From Kineococcus radiotolerans SRS30216 = ATCC BAA-149 (GTDB lineage Bacteria; Actinomycetota; Actinomycetes; Actinomycetales; Kineococcaceae): a stretch of DNA of 32,000 bases. The notes beneath the pieces were generated by a model. That model worked only from the letters and a program-made list of their open reading frames with translations. It did not search any database and had not been told where the DNA came from. Positions 1 through 9,028 of this stretch are shown here, one piece after another (position 1 is the first letter of the stretch; every line of letters starts with the position of its first letter). Both the position numbers and the translations under genes were made by a program. Location: assembly GCF_000017305.1 (NCBI RefSeq), contig NC_009664.2, positions 2,010,001 through 2,042,000 of the forward strand. Reading direction: 5' to 3'.

Positions 1-198
1 GTGGATCTGCACGAGACCGGCCTCCTGGGCGTCCGCCAGCAGCCGGGCGACCTTGAAGCGGCTGACCCCGAGCTGGCGGGCGATCTCGACCTTGGTGAGG
101 CCCTCGACGTAGAAGCGCCGGGCCGCGGCCGCCGCGAGCGCGAGGGCGCTCGTGGACAGTCGTCGCGACACCGCACCACGGGCTGGCGTCCTCGCCAT
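1..198 (-). CDS. SorC-family (sugar-binding, DeoR-like HTH) transcriptional regulator, N-terminal 66 codons only; gene runs off the left edge
   Basis: Own translation of the minus strand from ATG (complement of 196-198): MARTPARGAVSRRLSTSALALAAAAARRFYVEGLTKVEIARQLGVSRFKVARLLADAQEAGLVQIH. The RRFYVEG-T-VEIA-QLGVSR-KV-RLL pattern is the typical SorC/CggR-type N-terminal HTH. It is divergent from a polyol uptake operon. It is not in the ORF track; the listed + ORF 1-255 is its Arg/Gly-rich antisense shadow. Confidence 0.75.
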   Translation of the reverse strand, partial: MARTPARGAVSRRLSTSALALAAAAARRFYVEGLTKVEIARQLGVSRFKVARLLADAQEAGLVQIH

Positions 199-298
199 GG
201 CACCTCCTGGACTGGCGGCCCGACCGGGCGGACCTGGGACCGACGAACGAGTTGACAGCCGCCTGCTACGGCGTCACGATCGGCACAGCTGAGAGTAG

Positions 299-314
299 CC
301 CGCTCAAATGAGCG
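299..314. promoter_or_regulatory. Perfect 7-2-7 palindrome CCGCTCA-AA-TGAGCGG in the regulator/polyol-operon divergent intergenic region (candidate operator)
   Basis: Read directly: ccgctcaaatgagcgg; the arms are exact reverse complements. It lies about 85 nt upstream of the binding-protein start and downstream of a TTGACA hexamer at 252-257. Function is not demonstrated. Confidence 0.3.
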
Positions 315-400
315 GTTGCAACGGCCGGACCACGGCGCCGCGGACGGCGCCCGGCCCGGTCCGGCGCGCACCTCGTCGACGAAGACACTGGAGGGGAACG

Positions 401-1837
401 ATGGCTGAACGTCAGGGCCCGCGGACCGGCACGACCACGCACGGCACCTTCGCCTCGCCGCTGAGCCGGCGGGCGGCCCTGGGCGGGGCGGCCGGCGTCG
501 GCGCCACCGCCGCGCTCAGCGCCTGCGCCGGCGCCGGTGGTGGCGGCGGCACCGGCAGCGGCGGCGGCGAGGGCGGCGGGGACGACAAGACGCTCAACGT
601 CATCATGGTGAACAACCCGCAGATGGTGGACCTGCAGAAGCTCACCGCGGACAACTTCACCAAGGACACCGGCATCACCGTGAAGTACACGGTCCTGCCC
701 GAGAACGACGTCCGCGACAAGATCAGCCAGGAGTTCTCCAGCCAGGCCGGTCAGTACGACGTCGCGTCGATCTCGAACTACGAGGTCCCGTTCTACTCGA
801 AGAACGGCTGGCTCGCGCCGCTGGACGAGTTCATCTCCGCCGACTCCGCCTTCGGCCAGGACGACATCCTCAAGCCGCTGGCCACCGCGCTGACCGGCGA
901 GGACGGCAAGGTCTACGCCGAGCCGTTCTACGGCGAGTCCTCCTTCCTCATGTACCGCAAGGACGTGTTCGAGGCCAAGGGCCTGACCATGCCCGAGAAG
1001 CCGACGTGGCAGGAGGTCGCGGACTTCGCCGCCCAGCTCGACGGCGCCCAGCCCGGCATGAAGGGCATCGCCCTGCGCGGCCAGCCCGGCTGGGGGCAGG
1101 TCTTCGCCCCCCTCACCACCGTCGTCAACACCTTCGGCGGCACCTGGTTCGACGAGGACTGGACCGCGCAGGTCAACGCGCCGGAGTTCGTCGCGGCGAC
1201 GAAGTTCTACGTCGACCTCGTCCGGGCCCACGGCGAGAACGGCGCCCCGCAGGCCGGGTTCACCGAGTGCCTCAACGGCATGACCCAGTCGCAGGTCGCC
1301 ATGTGGTACGACGCGACCTCGGCCGCCGGTTCGCTGGACGCCGCGGACTCCCCCGTCGCCGGGAAGATCGGCTACGTCGCCGCCCCCGTCGACCAGACCG
1401 AGTCCTCCGGCTGGCTCTACACCTGGGCGTGGGGCGTGCAGAAGGCCTCCAAGCGCCAGGAGAACGCCTGGAAGTTCATCTCCTGGGCCTCCAGCAAGGA
1501 GTACGAGGAGCTCGTCGGGGCGCAGGTTGGCTGGGCCAGCGTCCCCGCCGGCAAGCGCAACTCCACCTACGAGAACGCCGACTACCAGGCCTCGGCCGGC
1601 CCGTTCTACAAGGCCACCCAGGACGCCATCAACGCCGCGAACCCGGCCGACCCCGGCGTCCAGCCGCGCCCCGCGCCCGGCATCCAGTTCGTCGCGATCC
1701 CCGAGTTCGCCGACCTCGGCACCCAGGTCTCGCAGTTCGTCTCCTCGGCCATCGCCGGTCAGATGAGCGTCGAGGACGCCCTGGACCAGGGTCAGGACCT
1801 CGCGACGAAGCTGGTCAGCGACAAGTACAAGAAGTGA
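401..1837 (+). CDS. Polyol (sorbitol/mannitol-type, SmoE-like) ABC transporter substrate-binding lipoprotein
   Basis: This is the ORF 308-1837 frame. I prefer ATG 401, which is preceded by GGAGGGG. The N-terminus MAERQGPRTGTTTHGTFASPLSRRAALGGAAGVGATAALSAC has a twin-arginine-like signal plus a lipobox Cys. The mature part NVIMVNNPQMVDLQKLT..., VLPENDVRDKISQEFSSQAGQYDVASISNYEVPFYSKNGWLAPL matches my memory of SmoE-type polyol binding proteins. Confidence 0.8.
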   Translation: MAERQGPRTGTTTHGTFASPLSRRAALGGAAGVGATAALSACAGAGGGGGTGSGGGEGGGDDKTLNVIMVNNPQMVDLQKLTADNFTKDTGITVKYTVLPENDVRDKISQEFSSQAGQYDVASISNYEVPFYSKNGWLAPLDEFISADSAFGQDDILKPLATALTGEDGKVYAEPFYGESSFLMYRKDVFEAKGLTMPEKPTWQEVADFAAQLDGAQPGMKGIALRGQPGWGQVFAPLTTVVNTFGGTWFDEDWTAQVNAPEFVAATKFYVDLVRAHGENGAPQAGFTECLNGMTQSQVAMWYDATSAAGSLDAADSPVAGKIGYVAAPVDQTESSGWLYTWAWGVQKASKRQENAWKFISWASSKEYEELVGAQVGWASVPAGKRNSTYENADYQASAGPFYKATQDAINAANPADPGVQPRPAPGIQFVAIPEFADLGTQVSQFVSSAIAGQMSVEDALDQGQDLATKLVSDKYKK

Positions 1838-1843
1838 CACCCG

Positions 1844-1878
1844 CCGCGGCTGCCCACCGGACCGGTGGGCGGCCGCGG
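1844..1878 (+). other. GC-rich intercistronic stem-loop directly after the binding-protein stop codon
   Basis: CCGCGGCTGCCCACCGG (1844-1860) pairs with CCGGTGGGCGGCCGCGG (1862-1878). The arms are reverse complements with one mismatch. There is no T-tract. The position (after the SBP gene, before the permeases) is typical for mRNA-stabilising or attenuating hairpins in ABC operons. Confidence 0.5.
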
Positions 1879-1950
1879 TCTTCCCGGGTGACCGGGTAGT
1901 TCACCCAGAGCACGCCGGACCCACCGTCAGTCCTCGGAGGACGTCCTTCC

Positions 1951-2922
1951 ATGAGCACACCGAGCAGCACCGCTGCCAATCACACCAAGGTGGGGCCCGA
2001 CCGGCCCCAGCGCACCGCGGGCTCGGCACGCAAGGCCGCCGACTGGGCCCGACGCGCCCCCCTGCTGCCGGCGCTGCTGTTCACGATCGTCGTGACGCAG
2101 TTGCCGTTCGTGGCGACGATCGTCATCTCGTTCATGAACTGGAACTCCTACTACCCCCAGGACCGCGGGTTCGGCGGGGTCGACAACTACGTGTCGGTCT
2201 TCTCCAACGCCGCGCTGCGCTCGGCGGTGTGGAACACCGTCATCCTCACCGTCACCGTCGTGCTCGTCAGCCTCGTCCTGGGCCTGCTCATCGCGCTGCT
2301 GCTGGACCGGAAGTTCGCCGGCCGCGGCGCGGTCCGGACGATGATGATCGCGCCCTTCCTCGTGGTGCCCATCGCCGCCGCCCTGCTGTGGAAGCACGCC
2401 CTGTTCAACCCCAACTACGGCCTGCTCAACGGCACCCTCAACGCGATCTGGAAGCTGTTCGGCTCCGACGGCGCCCCCCAGATCGACTGGCTGTCCACCG
2501 CCCCGAAGATCGCCATCGAGATCTCGCTGATCTGGCAGTGGACCCCGTTCATGATGCTGATCCTGCTGGCCGGACTGCAGTCCAAGCCGGCCGACGCCGA
2601 GGAGGCCGCCCGCATGGACGGCGCCAGCTCCTTCCAGATCTTCCGCTACCTGACCTTCCCGCACCTGCGCCAGTACCTCGAGCTCGGCGGCCTGCTCGGC
2701 GCCATCTACATCGTGCAGAACTTCGACGCGGTCTTCACCATCACCGCGGGCGGTCTGGGCACGGCCAACCTGCCCTACACGATCTACCAGACCGTGTTCT
2801 CCGCCCACGACTACGGGCTGGCCTCGGCGATGGGTGTCGTCACCGTCGTCGCCACCATCATCGTCGCGACCTTCGCCCTGCGCGTGGTGTCGAGCATGTT
2901 CAAGCAGGAGGCCGGCCGATGA
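1951..2922 (+). CDS. ABC transporter permease (CUT1 family, SmoF-like)
   Basis: 323-aa ORF. GGAGGA lies 9 nt upstream of ATG 1951. It has multiple hydrophobic spans and the EAA-like loop region AEEAARMDGASSFQIFRYLTFP typical of MalF/UgpA-type permeases. Confidence 0.85.
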   Translation: MSTPSSTAANHTKVGPDRPQRTAGSARKAADWARRAPLLPALLFTIVVTQLPFVATIVISFMNWNSYYPQDRGFGGVDNYVSVFSNAALRSAVWNTVILTVTVVLVSLVLGLLIALLLDRKFAGRGAVRTMMIAPFLVVPIAAALLWKHALFNPNYGLLNGTLNAIWKLFGSDGAPQIDWLSTAPKIAIEISLIWQWTPFMMLILLAGLQSKPADAEEAARMDGASSFQIFRYLTFPHLRQYLELGGLLGAIYIVQNFDAVFTITAGGLGTANLPYTIYQTVFSAHDYGLASAMGVVTVVATIIVATFALRVVSSMFKQEAGR

Positions 2923-3803
2923 GCACCGCCACCCCCACCGCCGTCGCGCACCCCCACGTGCCGACGTCGAAGAAGGAGCAGCGCGCCCGGGAGATGAACC
3001 GCAGCAAGCCCGTGTGGGGCCTGCTGGCCTGGGTCGTCGGGATCCTCTTCGTCCTGCCCGTGCTGTGGATGGTGCTGACCTCCCTGCACTCCGAGACCGA
3101 CGCGGCCACCAACCCGCCCTCGATCGCCGCCGCCCTCACCCTGGACGGCTACCGCGCGTTCTTCTCCGCCCAGCCCGCCGCCCCGCTGATCAACTCCGCG
3201 ATGGCCTCGGTCATCTCGACGATCATCGTGCTCTGCCTGGCGATCCCGGCCGCGTTCGCGCTCTCGATCCGCCCGGTCGAGAAGTGGACCGACGTCATGT
3301 TCTTCTTCCTCTCCACGAAGTTCATGCCGCTGGTCGCCGGTCTGCTGCCGCTGTACCTGTTCGCCACCGAGACCGGCACGCTGGACAACATCTGGCTCCT
3401 CATCGTGCTCTACACCTCGATGAACCTGCCGATCGCGGTGTGGATGATGCAGTCGTTCCTGGCCGAGGTCCCCGTCGAGATGCTGGAGGCCGCCCAGATC
3501 GACGGGGCCGGCCTGATCCGGATGCTGTGGTCGATCGTCCGTCCCGTCGCCATGCCCGGGGTCGCCGCGACCGCGCTCATCTGCTTCATCTTCAGCTGGA
3601 ACGAGCTGCTGCTGGCCCGCACCCTGACCGGCACGATCGCCGGCACCGCCCCGGTGTTCCTCACCGGCTTCGTCACCAGCCAGGGCCTGTTCCTCGCCCA
3701 GCTGTGCGCCGCGGCCACCGTGATCTCGCTGCCCGTGCTCGTCGCCGGCTTCGCCGCCCAGGACAAGCTCGTGCAGGGTCTGTCCATGGGCGCGGTCAAG
3801 TGA
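2919..3803 (+). CDS. ABC transporter permease (CUT1 family, SmoG-like)
   Basis: Start ATG 2919 overlaps the upstream stop (ATGA at 2919-2922). The translation is MSTATPTAVAHPHVPTSKKEQ...VWGLLAWVVGILFVLPVLWMVLTSL. The EAA loop LEAAQIDGAGLIRMLWSIVRPVAMPG is typical of MalG/UgpE-type permeases. Confidence 0.85.
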   Translation: MSTATPTAVAHPHVPTSKKEQRAREMNRSKPVWGLLAWVVGILFVLPVLWMVLTSLHSETDAATNPPSIAAALTLDGYRAFFSAQPAAPLINSAMASVISTIIVLCLAIPAAFALSIRPVEKWTDVMFFFLSTKFMPLVAGLLPLYLFATETGTLDNIWLLIVLYTSMNLPIAVWMMQSFLAEVPVEMLEAAQIDGAGLIRMLWSIVRPVAMPGVAATALICFIFSWNELLLARTLTGTIAGTAPVFLTGFVTSQGLFLAQLCAAATVISLPVLVAGFAAQDKLVQGLSMGAVK

Positions 3804-3853
3804 CCGACGGCCCCCCCTCCCCCGCAGACCCCGACCGCACCGGAGCCCCACCC

Positions 3854-5347
3854 GTGACGTCCACCACCACCGCCCTCCCCCTCAGCGCCCGCAGCCTCGT
3901 CGCCATCGGGGAGCGGGTGCCGGTCCCCTCCTACGACCGCAGCCGGGTGACGCCGGGGATCGTGCACCTGGGCGTCGGCGGGTTCCACCGCGCCCACCAG
4001 GCGATGTACCTGGACCGGCTGATGGAGGCCGGGGAGGCGCTGGACTGGGGCATCCGCGGCATCGGCGTGCTCCCCCACGACGCGCGGATGAAGGAGGTCA
4101 TGGACGCCCAGGACGGGCTCTACACCCTCGTCCTCAAGCACGCGGACGGCAGCCGCGAACCGCGCGTCGTCGGCTCCGTGCTCGACTTCCTCTTCGCCCC
4201 CGACGACCCCGACGCCGCGGTCGAGGCGATGGCCGACCCGCGCATCCGCATCGTGTCCCTCACCATCACCGAGGGCGGGTACAACATCGACGCCGTCACC
4301 GGGGAGTTCATCCTCGACGAGCACGGCGTCGCCGCCGACCTCCTCGACGGGGGCGTGCAGCGCACCGCCTTCGGGCTCGTCGTCGAGGCGCTGCGCCGCC
4401 GGCGCGAGCGGGGCGTCCCCCCGTTCACCGTGATGTCGTGCGACAACCTCCCCGGCAACGGGCACGTGGCCCACCACGCCTTCGTCGCCTTCGCCACCGC
4501 GAAGGACGCCGAGCTCGGCGCGTGGATCGACGAGCACGTCTCCTTCCCCAACTCCATGGTCGACCGCATCACCCCGGGCACCACCGACGACGACCGCGCC
4601 GAGGTCCGCGAGCGGTTCGGGATCGAGGACGCCTGGCCGGTGGTCTGCGAGCCGTTCACCCAGTGGGTGCTGGAGGACCGCTTCGTCCTGGGCCGCCCGC
4701 CCCTGGAGGACGCCGGCGTCCAGGTCGTCGAGGACGTCGAGCCGTACGAGCTCATGAAGCTGCGGCTGCTCAACGCCAGCCACCAGGCCCTGTGCTACTT
4801 CGGGTACCTGGCCGGGTACCGGCTGGTCCACGACGTGGTGCAGGACCCCCTGTTCGCCCGCTTCCTGCTCGCCTACATGGAGCGCGAGGGCACCCCCTCG
4901 CTGCCACCGGTGCCCGGCATGGACCTCGACGCCTACCGCCGCGAGCTCATCGGCCGCTTCTCCAACGGCGAGGTGCGCGACACGGTCGCCCGCCTGTGCA
5001 ACGAGAGCTCCGACCGCATCCCCAAGTGGCTGCTGCCGGTGGTCCGCCACCAGCTCGCCACCGGCGGGGAGTTCTTCCGCGCCGCGGCCGTCGTGGCGAG
5101 CTGGGCCCGCTACGCCGAGGGCGTCGACGAGCAGGGCGAGCCGATCGAGGTGGCCGACCGCATCGCGGCGCGCGTCACCGCCGCGGCCCGGCGCAACCGC
5201 GAGGAGCCCACCGCCTTCATCGCCGACCGCTCGCTGTTCGGGGACCTGGTCGACGACGAGCGCTTCGTCGCCGAGTACACCGCGACGCTGGCCTCGCTGC
5301 ACGAGAACGGCGCCCGCGCGACCCTCGAGGCGCTCGTCGCCCGCTGA
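3854..5347 (+). CDS. mtlK: Long-chain mannitol 2-dehydrogenase family polyol dehydrogenase
   Basis: This is the C-terminal part of the ORF 2834-5347 frame, with GTG 3854 as the first plausible start. The signature GIVHLGVGGFHRAHQAMYLD (Rossmann/N-terminal motif of the mannitol dehydrogenase family) is present, together with SCDNLPGNG and FPNSMVDRITP. It lies downstream of SmoEFG-like transporter genes. The exact substrate (mannitol, arabinitol or sorbitol) cannot be decided from sequence alone, and the start codon is uncertain by a few codons. Confidence 0.8.
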   Translation: MTSTTTALPLSARSLVAIGERVPVPSYDRSRVTPGIVHLGVGGFHRAHQAMYLDRLMEAGEALDWGIRGIGVLPHDARMKEVMDAQDGLYTLVLKHADGSREPRVVGSVLDFLFAPDDPDAAVEAMADPRIRIVSLTITEGGYNIDAVTGEFILDEHGVAADLLDGGVQRTAFGLVVEALRRRRERGVPPFTVMSCDNLPGNGHVAHHAFVAFATAKDAELGAWIDEHVSFPNSMVDRITPGTTDDDRAEVRERFGIEDAWPVVCEPFTQWVLEDRFVLGRPPLEDAGVQVVEDVEPYELMKLRLLNASHQALCYFGYLAGYRLVHDVVQDPLFARFLLAYMEREGTPSLPPVPGMDLDAYRRELIGRFSNGEVRDTVARLCNESSDRIPKWLLPVVRHQLATGGEFFRAAAVVASWARYAEGVDEQGEPIEVADRIAARVTAAARRNREEPTAFIADRSLFGDLVDDERFVAEYTATLASLHENGARATLEALVAR

Positions 5348-5394
5348 ACGCTCCCGCCGCCGGCCCCGGAGGGGGACGGCGGCGGGAGCCTACG

Positions 5395-6681
5395 ATGGGG
5401 CCCATGGCAGCGAAGGTGGTCCCCGCGCGGGGCATGCGTGACGTCCTCCCCGTCGACAAGGCACGCCGGGAGCACGCGCTGCACGTCATCCGCGAGGTCT
5501 ACCGCTCCTTCGGCTTCGACGAGGTCGAGACCCCGGCGCTGGAGGAACTGTCCCGCCTGGAGTCCGGTCAGGGCGGCGAGAACGAGAAGATGCTCTTCAA
5601 GGTCCTGCGCCGCGGGCTGCCCGCCGACGAGGCGCTCCTGCCGGGCGAGGCCGCCGACCTCGGGCTGCGCTTCGACCTGACCGTGCCGCTGACGCGCTAC
5701 GTCGCCTCGAACGCCGCGGCGCTGCGGATGCCGTTCAAGGCCCTGCAGATCGGGCCGGTGTGGCGGGCGGAACGTCCGCAGAAGGGGCGCTACCGCCAGT
5801 TCGTGCAGTGCGACATCGACATCGTCGGCGAACCGGGCAGCCTCGCCGAGGTCGAGCTCGTCACCGCCACGCACACCGCCCTGACCCGGCTCGGGCTCAC
5901 CGGGACGACGCTGCGCCTCAACGACCGCGGGGTGCTGACGGGTCTGCTCACCGGGTGCGGTTTCGCCGCGGACGAGCACGGCAGCGTCCTCATCACCGTC
6001 GACAAGGCCGACAAGGTCGGGCTGGACGGGGTCCTGGCCGAGCTGCGCGCGAAGGGCTTCGCCGAGGAGCACGTGGCGGCGCTGGAGGCGTCGCTGACCG
6101 CGCTGCTGCCGCTGCGCGACGTCCGCACCCCCGGGGTGCTGGAGGCGGCGCTGCCCGCGGCGGTCCCGGCGGAGGTCGTGGCGCGGCTGCGGGAGATCGC
6201 GGACGCGCTGGCGGTGTCGGCCCCCGACCTCGAGGTGGCCTTCGACGTGACGCTGGTCCGCGGGATGGGCTACTACACCGGCCCCATCTTCGAGATGTCC
6301 CTGCCGGGCAGCTCCTCCTCCATCGCCGGCGGCGGCCGCTACGACAACATGGTCGGCCGCTTCAGCGGGCGCGACCTGCCCGCCGCGGGGTTCTCCATCG
6401 GGTTCGAGCGCATCGTCGACGAGATCGCCCCCCGCGACGAGGGGGTGTCCGCGATCGCCCTGGTGCACCCGGCGGGCGCGGACGCCGGGACGCTGCTGCG
6501 CAAGCAGCAGGAGCTCGTCGCCGGCGGGGCCCGGGTCGCGCTGGTGAAGCAGGCCAAGCGCATGCAGCCGCTGTTCGACGCGCTGGTCGCGGAGGGCTAC
6601 TCCCGGGTCGTGCGGGCGCGCGTGGCCGAGGACGGCTCCCTGGAGTTCTCCGACCCCGCCCCCCTGGGCGCCTCGGCCTGA
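5395..6681 (+). CDS. hisS: Histidine--tRNA ligase (class II aaRS) with eukaryote/archaea-like motif 2
   Basis: MGPMAAKVVPARGMRDVLP... (G-x-RD motif). Motif 2 is WRAERPQKGRYRQFVQCDIDIVGE and motif 3 is GGGRYDNMVGRFSGRDLPAAGFSIGFERI. A C-terminal anticodon-binding-like domain follows (AIALVHPAG...VALVKQAKRMQPLFD). The ATG at 5404 is an alternative start. Confidence 0.85.
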   Translation: MGPMAAKVVPARGMRDVLPVDKARREHALHVIREVYRSFGFDEVETPALEELSRLESGQGGENEKMLFKVLRRGLPADEALLPGEAADLGLRFDLTVPLTRYVASNAAALRMPFKALQIGPVWRAERPQKGRYRQFVQCDIDIVGEPGSLAEVELVTATHTALTRLGLTGTTLRLNDRGVLTGLLTGCGFAADEHGSVLITVDKADKVGLDGVLAELRAKGFAEEHVAALEASLTALLPLRDVRTPGVLEAALPAAVPAEVVARLREIADALAVSAPDLEVAFDVTLVRGMGYYTGPIFEMSLPGSSSSIAGGGRYDNMVGRFSGRDLPAAGFSIGFERIVDEIAPRDEGVSAIALVHPAGADAGTLLRKQQELVAGGARVALVKQAKRMQPLFDALVAEGYSRVVRARVAEDGSLEFSDPAPLGASA

Positions 6682-6712
6682 GCCGGAGGGCGACCGGCCG
6701 GACGGCGACCCG

Positions 6713-7639
6713 TCAGACGGCGACGAGGCGCCGGGCGGCGCGACCCTGCCGGGCGGCGGCGAGGGTCAGGTCGCGGCGCTCCTCCAGCACGCCGTCCTGC
6801 GCGCTGCGGACCTCCCACGCCTCGAGGAACCCCCGCAGCCGGCCGGGTTCGTCGGTGATGATCCCGTCGACGCGGTGGCGCAGCAGGTCGTGCCAGATGC
6901 GCGGTTCGTCCACGGTGTAGGGGTAGGTCGCCACCCCGGCCCCGTGGTACTCCGCGATGACGTGCGGGCTGGCGACGAGGCTGGCCACGTAGGGGTTGAC
7001 CGCCACCACGCCGAGCTCGGCGACGGCCCGCTCGGCCTGCTCGCGGGCCACGCCCGCGGGGGTGCACAGCGCCGTGAACGGGTCCTGGGCCAGGTGCCGG
7101 AACGCGCGCTCGAGCTCGTCGGTGCCCATCGGCGGCCCCGGGTGCAGGACGAGCAGCGCCCGCCGGACGTCGGGGGCCACGTCGCGCAGGGCCGCGACCG
7201 TGGAGCGGTCGAAGCTCTGCACGACGCTGCGGGCGGCGACACCGCCCGGGCGCAGCGACCCCACCGCCGCGGAGGCGGCCGCCCGGCTCCACGCGCCCTT
7301 GAACTCCACGAGGAGACCGGCGTCGGGGAAGCGCGCCACGACCCCGGCGACTTCCTTCAGCGTCGGCACCCGCTGGCCGGCGAACGCCGGGGCGAACCAC
7401 GCCCCGGCGTCCGCGCCCCGCACGACCGTGCTGGGCGAGTCCCCGACCGCACCACGGGTGTCCGTGGTGCGGTCGAGGGTGTCGTCGTGCACCACGACCG
7501 GCACCCCGTCGGCGTCCAGGTGGACGTCGAGCTCCAGCAGGTCGGCCCCGGCCCGCAGGGCCGCCTCGAAGGCGGCGAGGGTGTTCTCCGGCGCCACCGC
7601 GGAGTAGCCGCGGTGGGCGATGACCAGCGGGCGCGTCAC
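6713..7639 (-). CDS. ugpQ: Cytosolic glycerophosphodiester phosphodiesterase (GDPD family, UgpQ-like)
   Basis: MTRPLVIAHRGYSAVAPENTLAAFEAALRAGADLLELDVHLDADGVPVVVHDDTLDRTTD contains the HRG and E-x-D-x-H GDPD catalytic motifs. There is no signal peptide. It is the last gene of the Ugp-like operon, 4 nt after the binding-protein stop. Confidence 0.85.
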   Translation of the reverse strand: MTRPLVIAHRGYSAVAPENTLAAFEAALRAGADLLELDVHLDADGVPVVVHDDTLDRTTDTRGAVGDSPSTVVRGADAGAWFAPAFAGQRVPTLKEVAGVVARFPDAGLLVEFKGAWSRAAASAAVGSLRPGGVAARSVVQSFDRSTVAALRDVAPDVRRALLVLHPGPPMGTDELERAFRHLAQDPFTALCTPAGVAREQAERAVAELGVVAVNPYVASLVASPHVIAEYHGAGVATYPYTVDEPRIWHDLLRHRVDGIITDEPGRLRGFLEAWEVRSAQDGVLEERRDLTLAAARQGRAARRLVAV

Positions 7640-7643
7640 GGTC

Positions 7644-9005
7644 TCAGGCCTTCACGAGGGGCGCGACGTCGGTCTCGTAGGACCGCTGGATCTCGTCCTG
7701 CGCGGTCCCCCAGGCCTCGGCCGACGGGGCCCCCTGCAGCATGACCTTCTCCCAGGCGGTGACCGTGGACTGGTCGCCGCCGGGGACGAAGACCCGGGCG
7801 TTGTCCTGCTTGCGCACGTTCGCGAGCTGGTCCACGGCCGTCTTGAACAGCGGGGTCTGCGCGTAGACCTCCTGCATGGGGCCGGAGTCCACCGCCCCGG
7901 TGGTGACGGGCATGTAGCCGGTGTTCTGGGAGAAGTAGGCGGTGTTGTCGTCCTCGGCGAGGAACTTCAGGAAGGTCGCCGCGGCGAGCTGCTGCTCCGG
8001 GGACCGCTTGGTCGGGACCGCGAAGCCGGCGCCGCCGGTGGGGGTGAACCGGCCCGCGGGCCCGCCGGGCAGGAACGCGTTGCCGACGTCGAAGGCCGCG
8101 CCGGCGAGGATGCCGGACAGCGACCCGGTGGACCCGATGACCGACGAGTACAGCCCCGCGCCGAAGTCCGAGGCCTGGTCGGAGGAGGACACCGCGGCCC
8201 ACCCCCGGGTGATGAAGGAGCGCAGGTAGTCGCTGGCCTCCAGCACCTCCGGGCTGTCGACGGTCATCGTCCAGTCCTCGCTCAGCGCACCGCCCCGGCC
8301 CCAGATCAGGTTCTGGTGGATCCAGCTGGCGTTGCCGGTGCCCTTGCCGAGGCCGTACGGGGCCTGCGCCCCGGTGCCCGCGGCCTGCAGCTTCGGCAGC
8401 CACTGCTCGAACTCCGACCAGGTCTCCGGGCCGCGGTCGGGCAGCCCGGCGGCGGCCCAGTGAGCCTTGTTGTAGTAGAACACCGGCGTGGAGCGGCAGT
8501 AGGGCACCGCCCACTGCTGGTCGTCGTACTGGTAGTCGGCGAGGAGACCCGGCTGGTAGTTGCCGACGTCGACCCCCGCCGCGGGCAGCAGGTCGCCCAG
8601 CGGGGCGAGCTGGCCGTTGAGGGCGTAGCGGAACCACCAGACGTCGCTGAGCAGGACCAGGTCGGGCAGGTCCGACCCGGTGAGGGCGGCCTGGAACTTC
8701 TGCGAGATCTCGTCGTAGTTCGCGCCGGCGGTGACGAACTCGACCGTGATGTCGGGGTTGGTCTTCGCGAACCGGGCGAGGAACTCCTCCTCGACGGCCT
8801 GGGACTTGCCCGGGTGGTTCGTCCACACCGTGACGGTGTCGGCCGGGGTGACCCCGCTCCAGTCGGTCTTCGCCTGCTCCGCACCGCCGGTCTCGCCGGC
8901 GGTGGTCGAGGGGCCCGAGCAGGCGGCGAGGCCGAGGCCGACCGCTCCGGCTCCGGCCAGGGCGAGGACACCGCGCCGGGGCAGCGGGGAGGACGAGGTG
9001 ATCAC
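7644..9005 (-). CDS. ABC transporter substrate-binding lipoprotein (CUT1 family, UgpB-like by context)
   Basis: This frame belongs to ORF 7644-9776, but the real start is GTG at 9005, preceded by GGAGAAACC. The N-terminus VITSSSPLPRRGVLALAGAGAVGLGLAACSG has a signal peptide plus lipobox. The glycerophosphodiester assignment rests on operon linkage to the GDPD gene. Confidence 0.75.
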   Translation of the reverse strand: MITSSSPLPRRGVLALAGAGAVGLGLAACSGPSTTAGETGGAEQAKTDWSGVTPADTVTVWTNHPGKSQAVEEEFLARFAKTNPDITVEFVTAGANYDEISQKFQAALTGSDLPDLVLLSDVWWFRYALNGQLAPLGDLLPAAGVDVGNYQPGLLADYQYDDQQWAVPYCRSTPVFYYNKAHWAAAGLPDRGPETWSEFEQWLPKLQAAGTGAQAPYGLGKGTGNASWIHQNLIWGRGGALSEDWTMTVDSPEVLEASDYLRSFITRGWAAVSSSDQASDFGAGLYSSVIGSTGSLSGILAGAAFDVGNAFLPGGPAGRFTPTGGAGFAVPTKRSPEQQLAAATFLKFLAEDDNTAYFSQNTGYMPVTTGAVDSGPMQEVYAQTPLFKTAVDQLANVRKQDNARVFVPGGDQSTVTAWEKVMLQGAPSAEAWGTAQDEIQRSYETDVAPLVKA

Positions 9006-9028
9006 GGTTTCTCCTGGGTGGTCGGGGA

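Noticed and set aside
1-255. Plus-strand 84-aa ORF at the left edge
   Set aside because: The translation is Arg/Gly/Pro-rich with no motif. The opposite strand gives a clean SorC-type HTH N-terminus with an ATG at 198, so the + ORF is an antisense shadow.
266-1840. 524-aa minus-strand ORF covering the whole polyol binding-protein gene (similar cases: 3410-5302 -, 5110-6468 -, 12940-14022 -)
   Set aside because: This is the typical long antisense open frame of high-GC DNA. The composition is Gly/Arg/Leu/Val-rich and low in complexity, with no motifs, while the sense strand encodes a recognisable protein with signal peptide and RBS.
6682-6712. Possible bidirectional terminator between the convergent hisS and GDPD genes
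   Set aside because: The gap is only 31 nt and I could not fold a convincing stem of more than 5-6 bp by eye.
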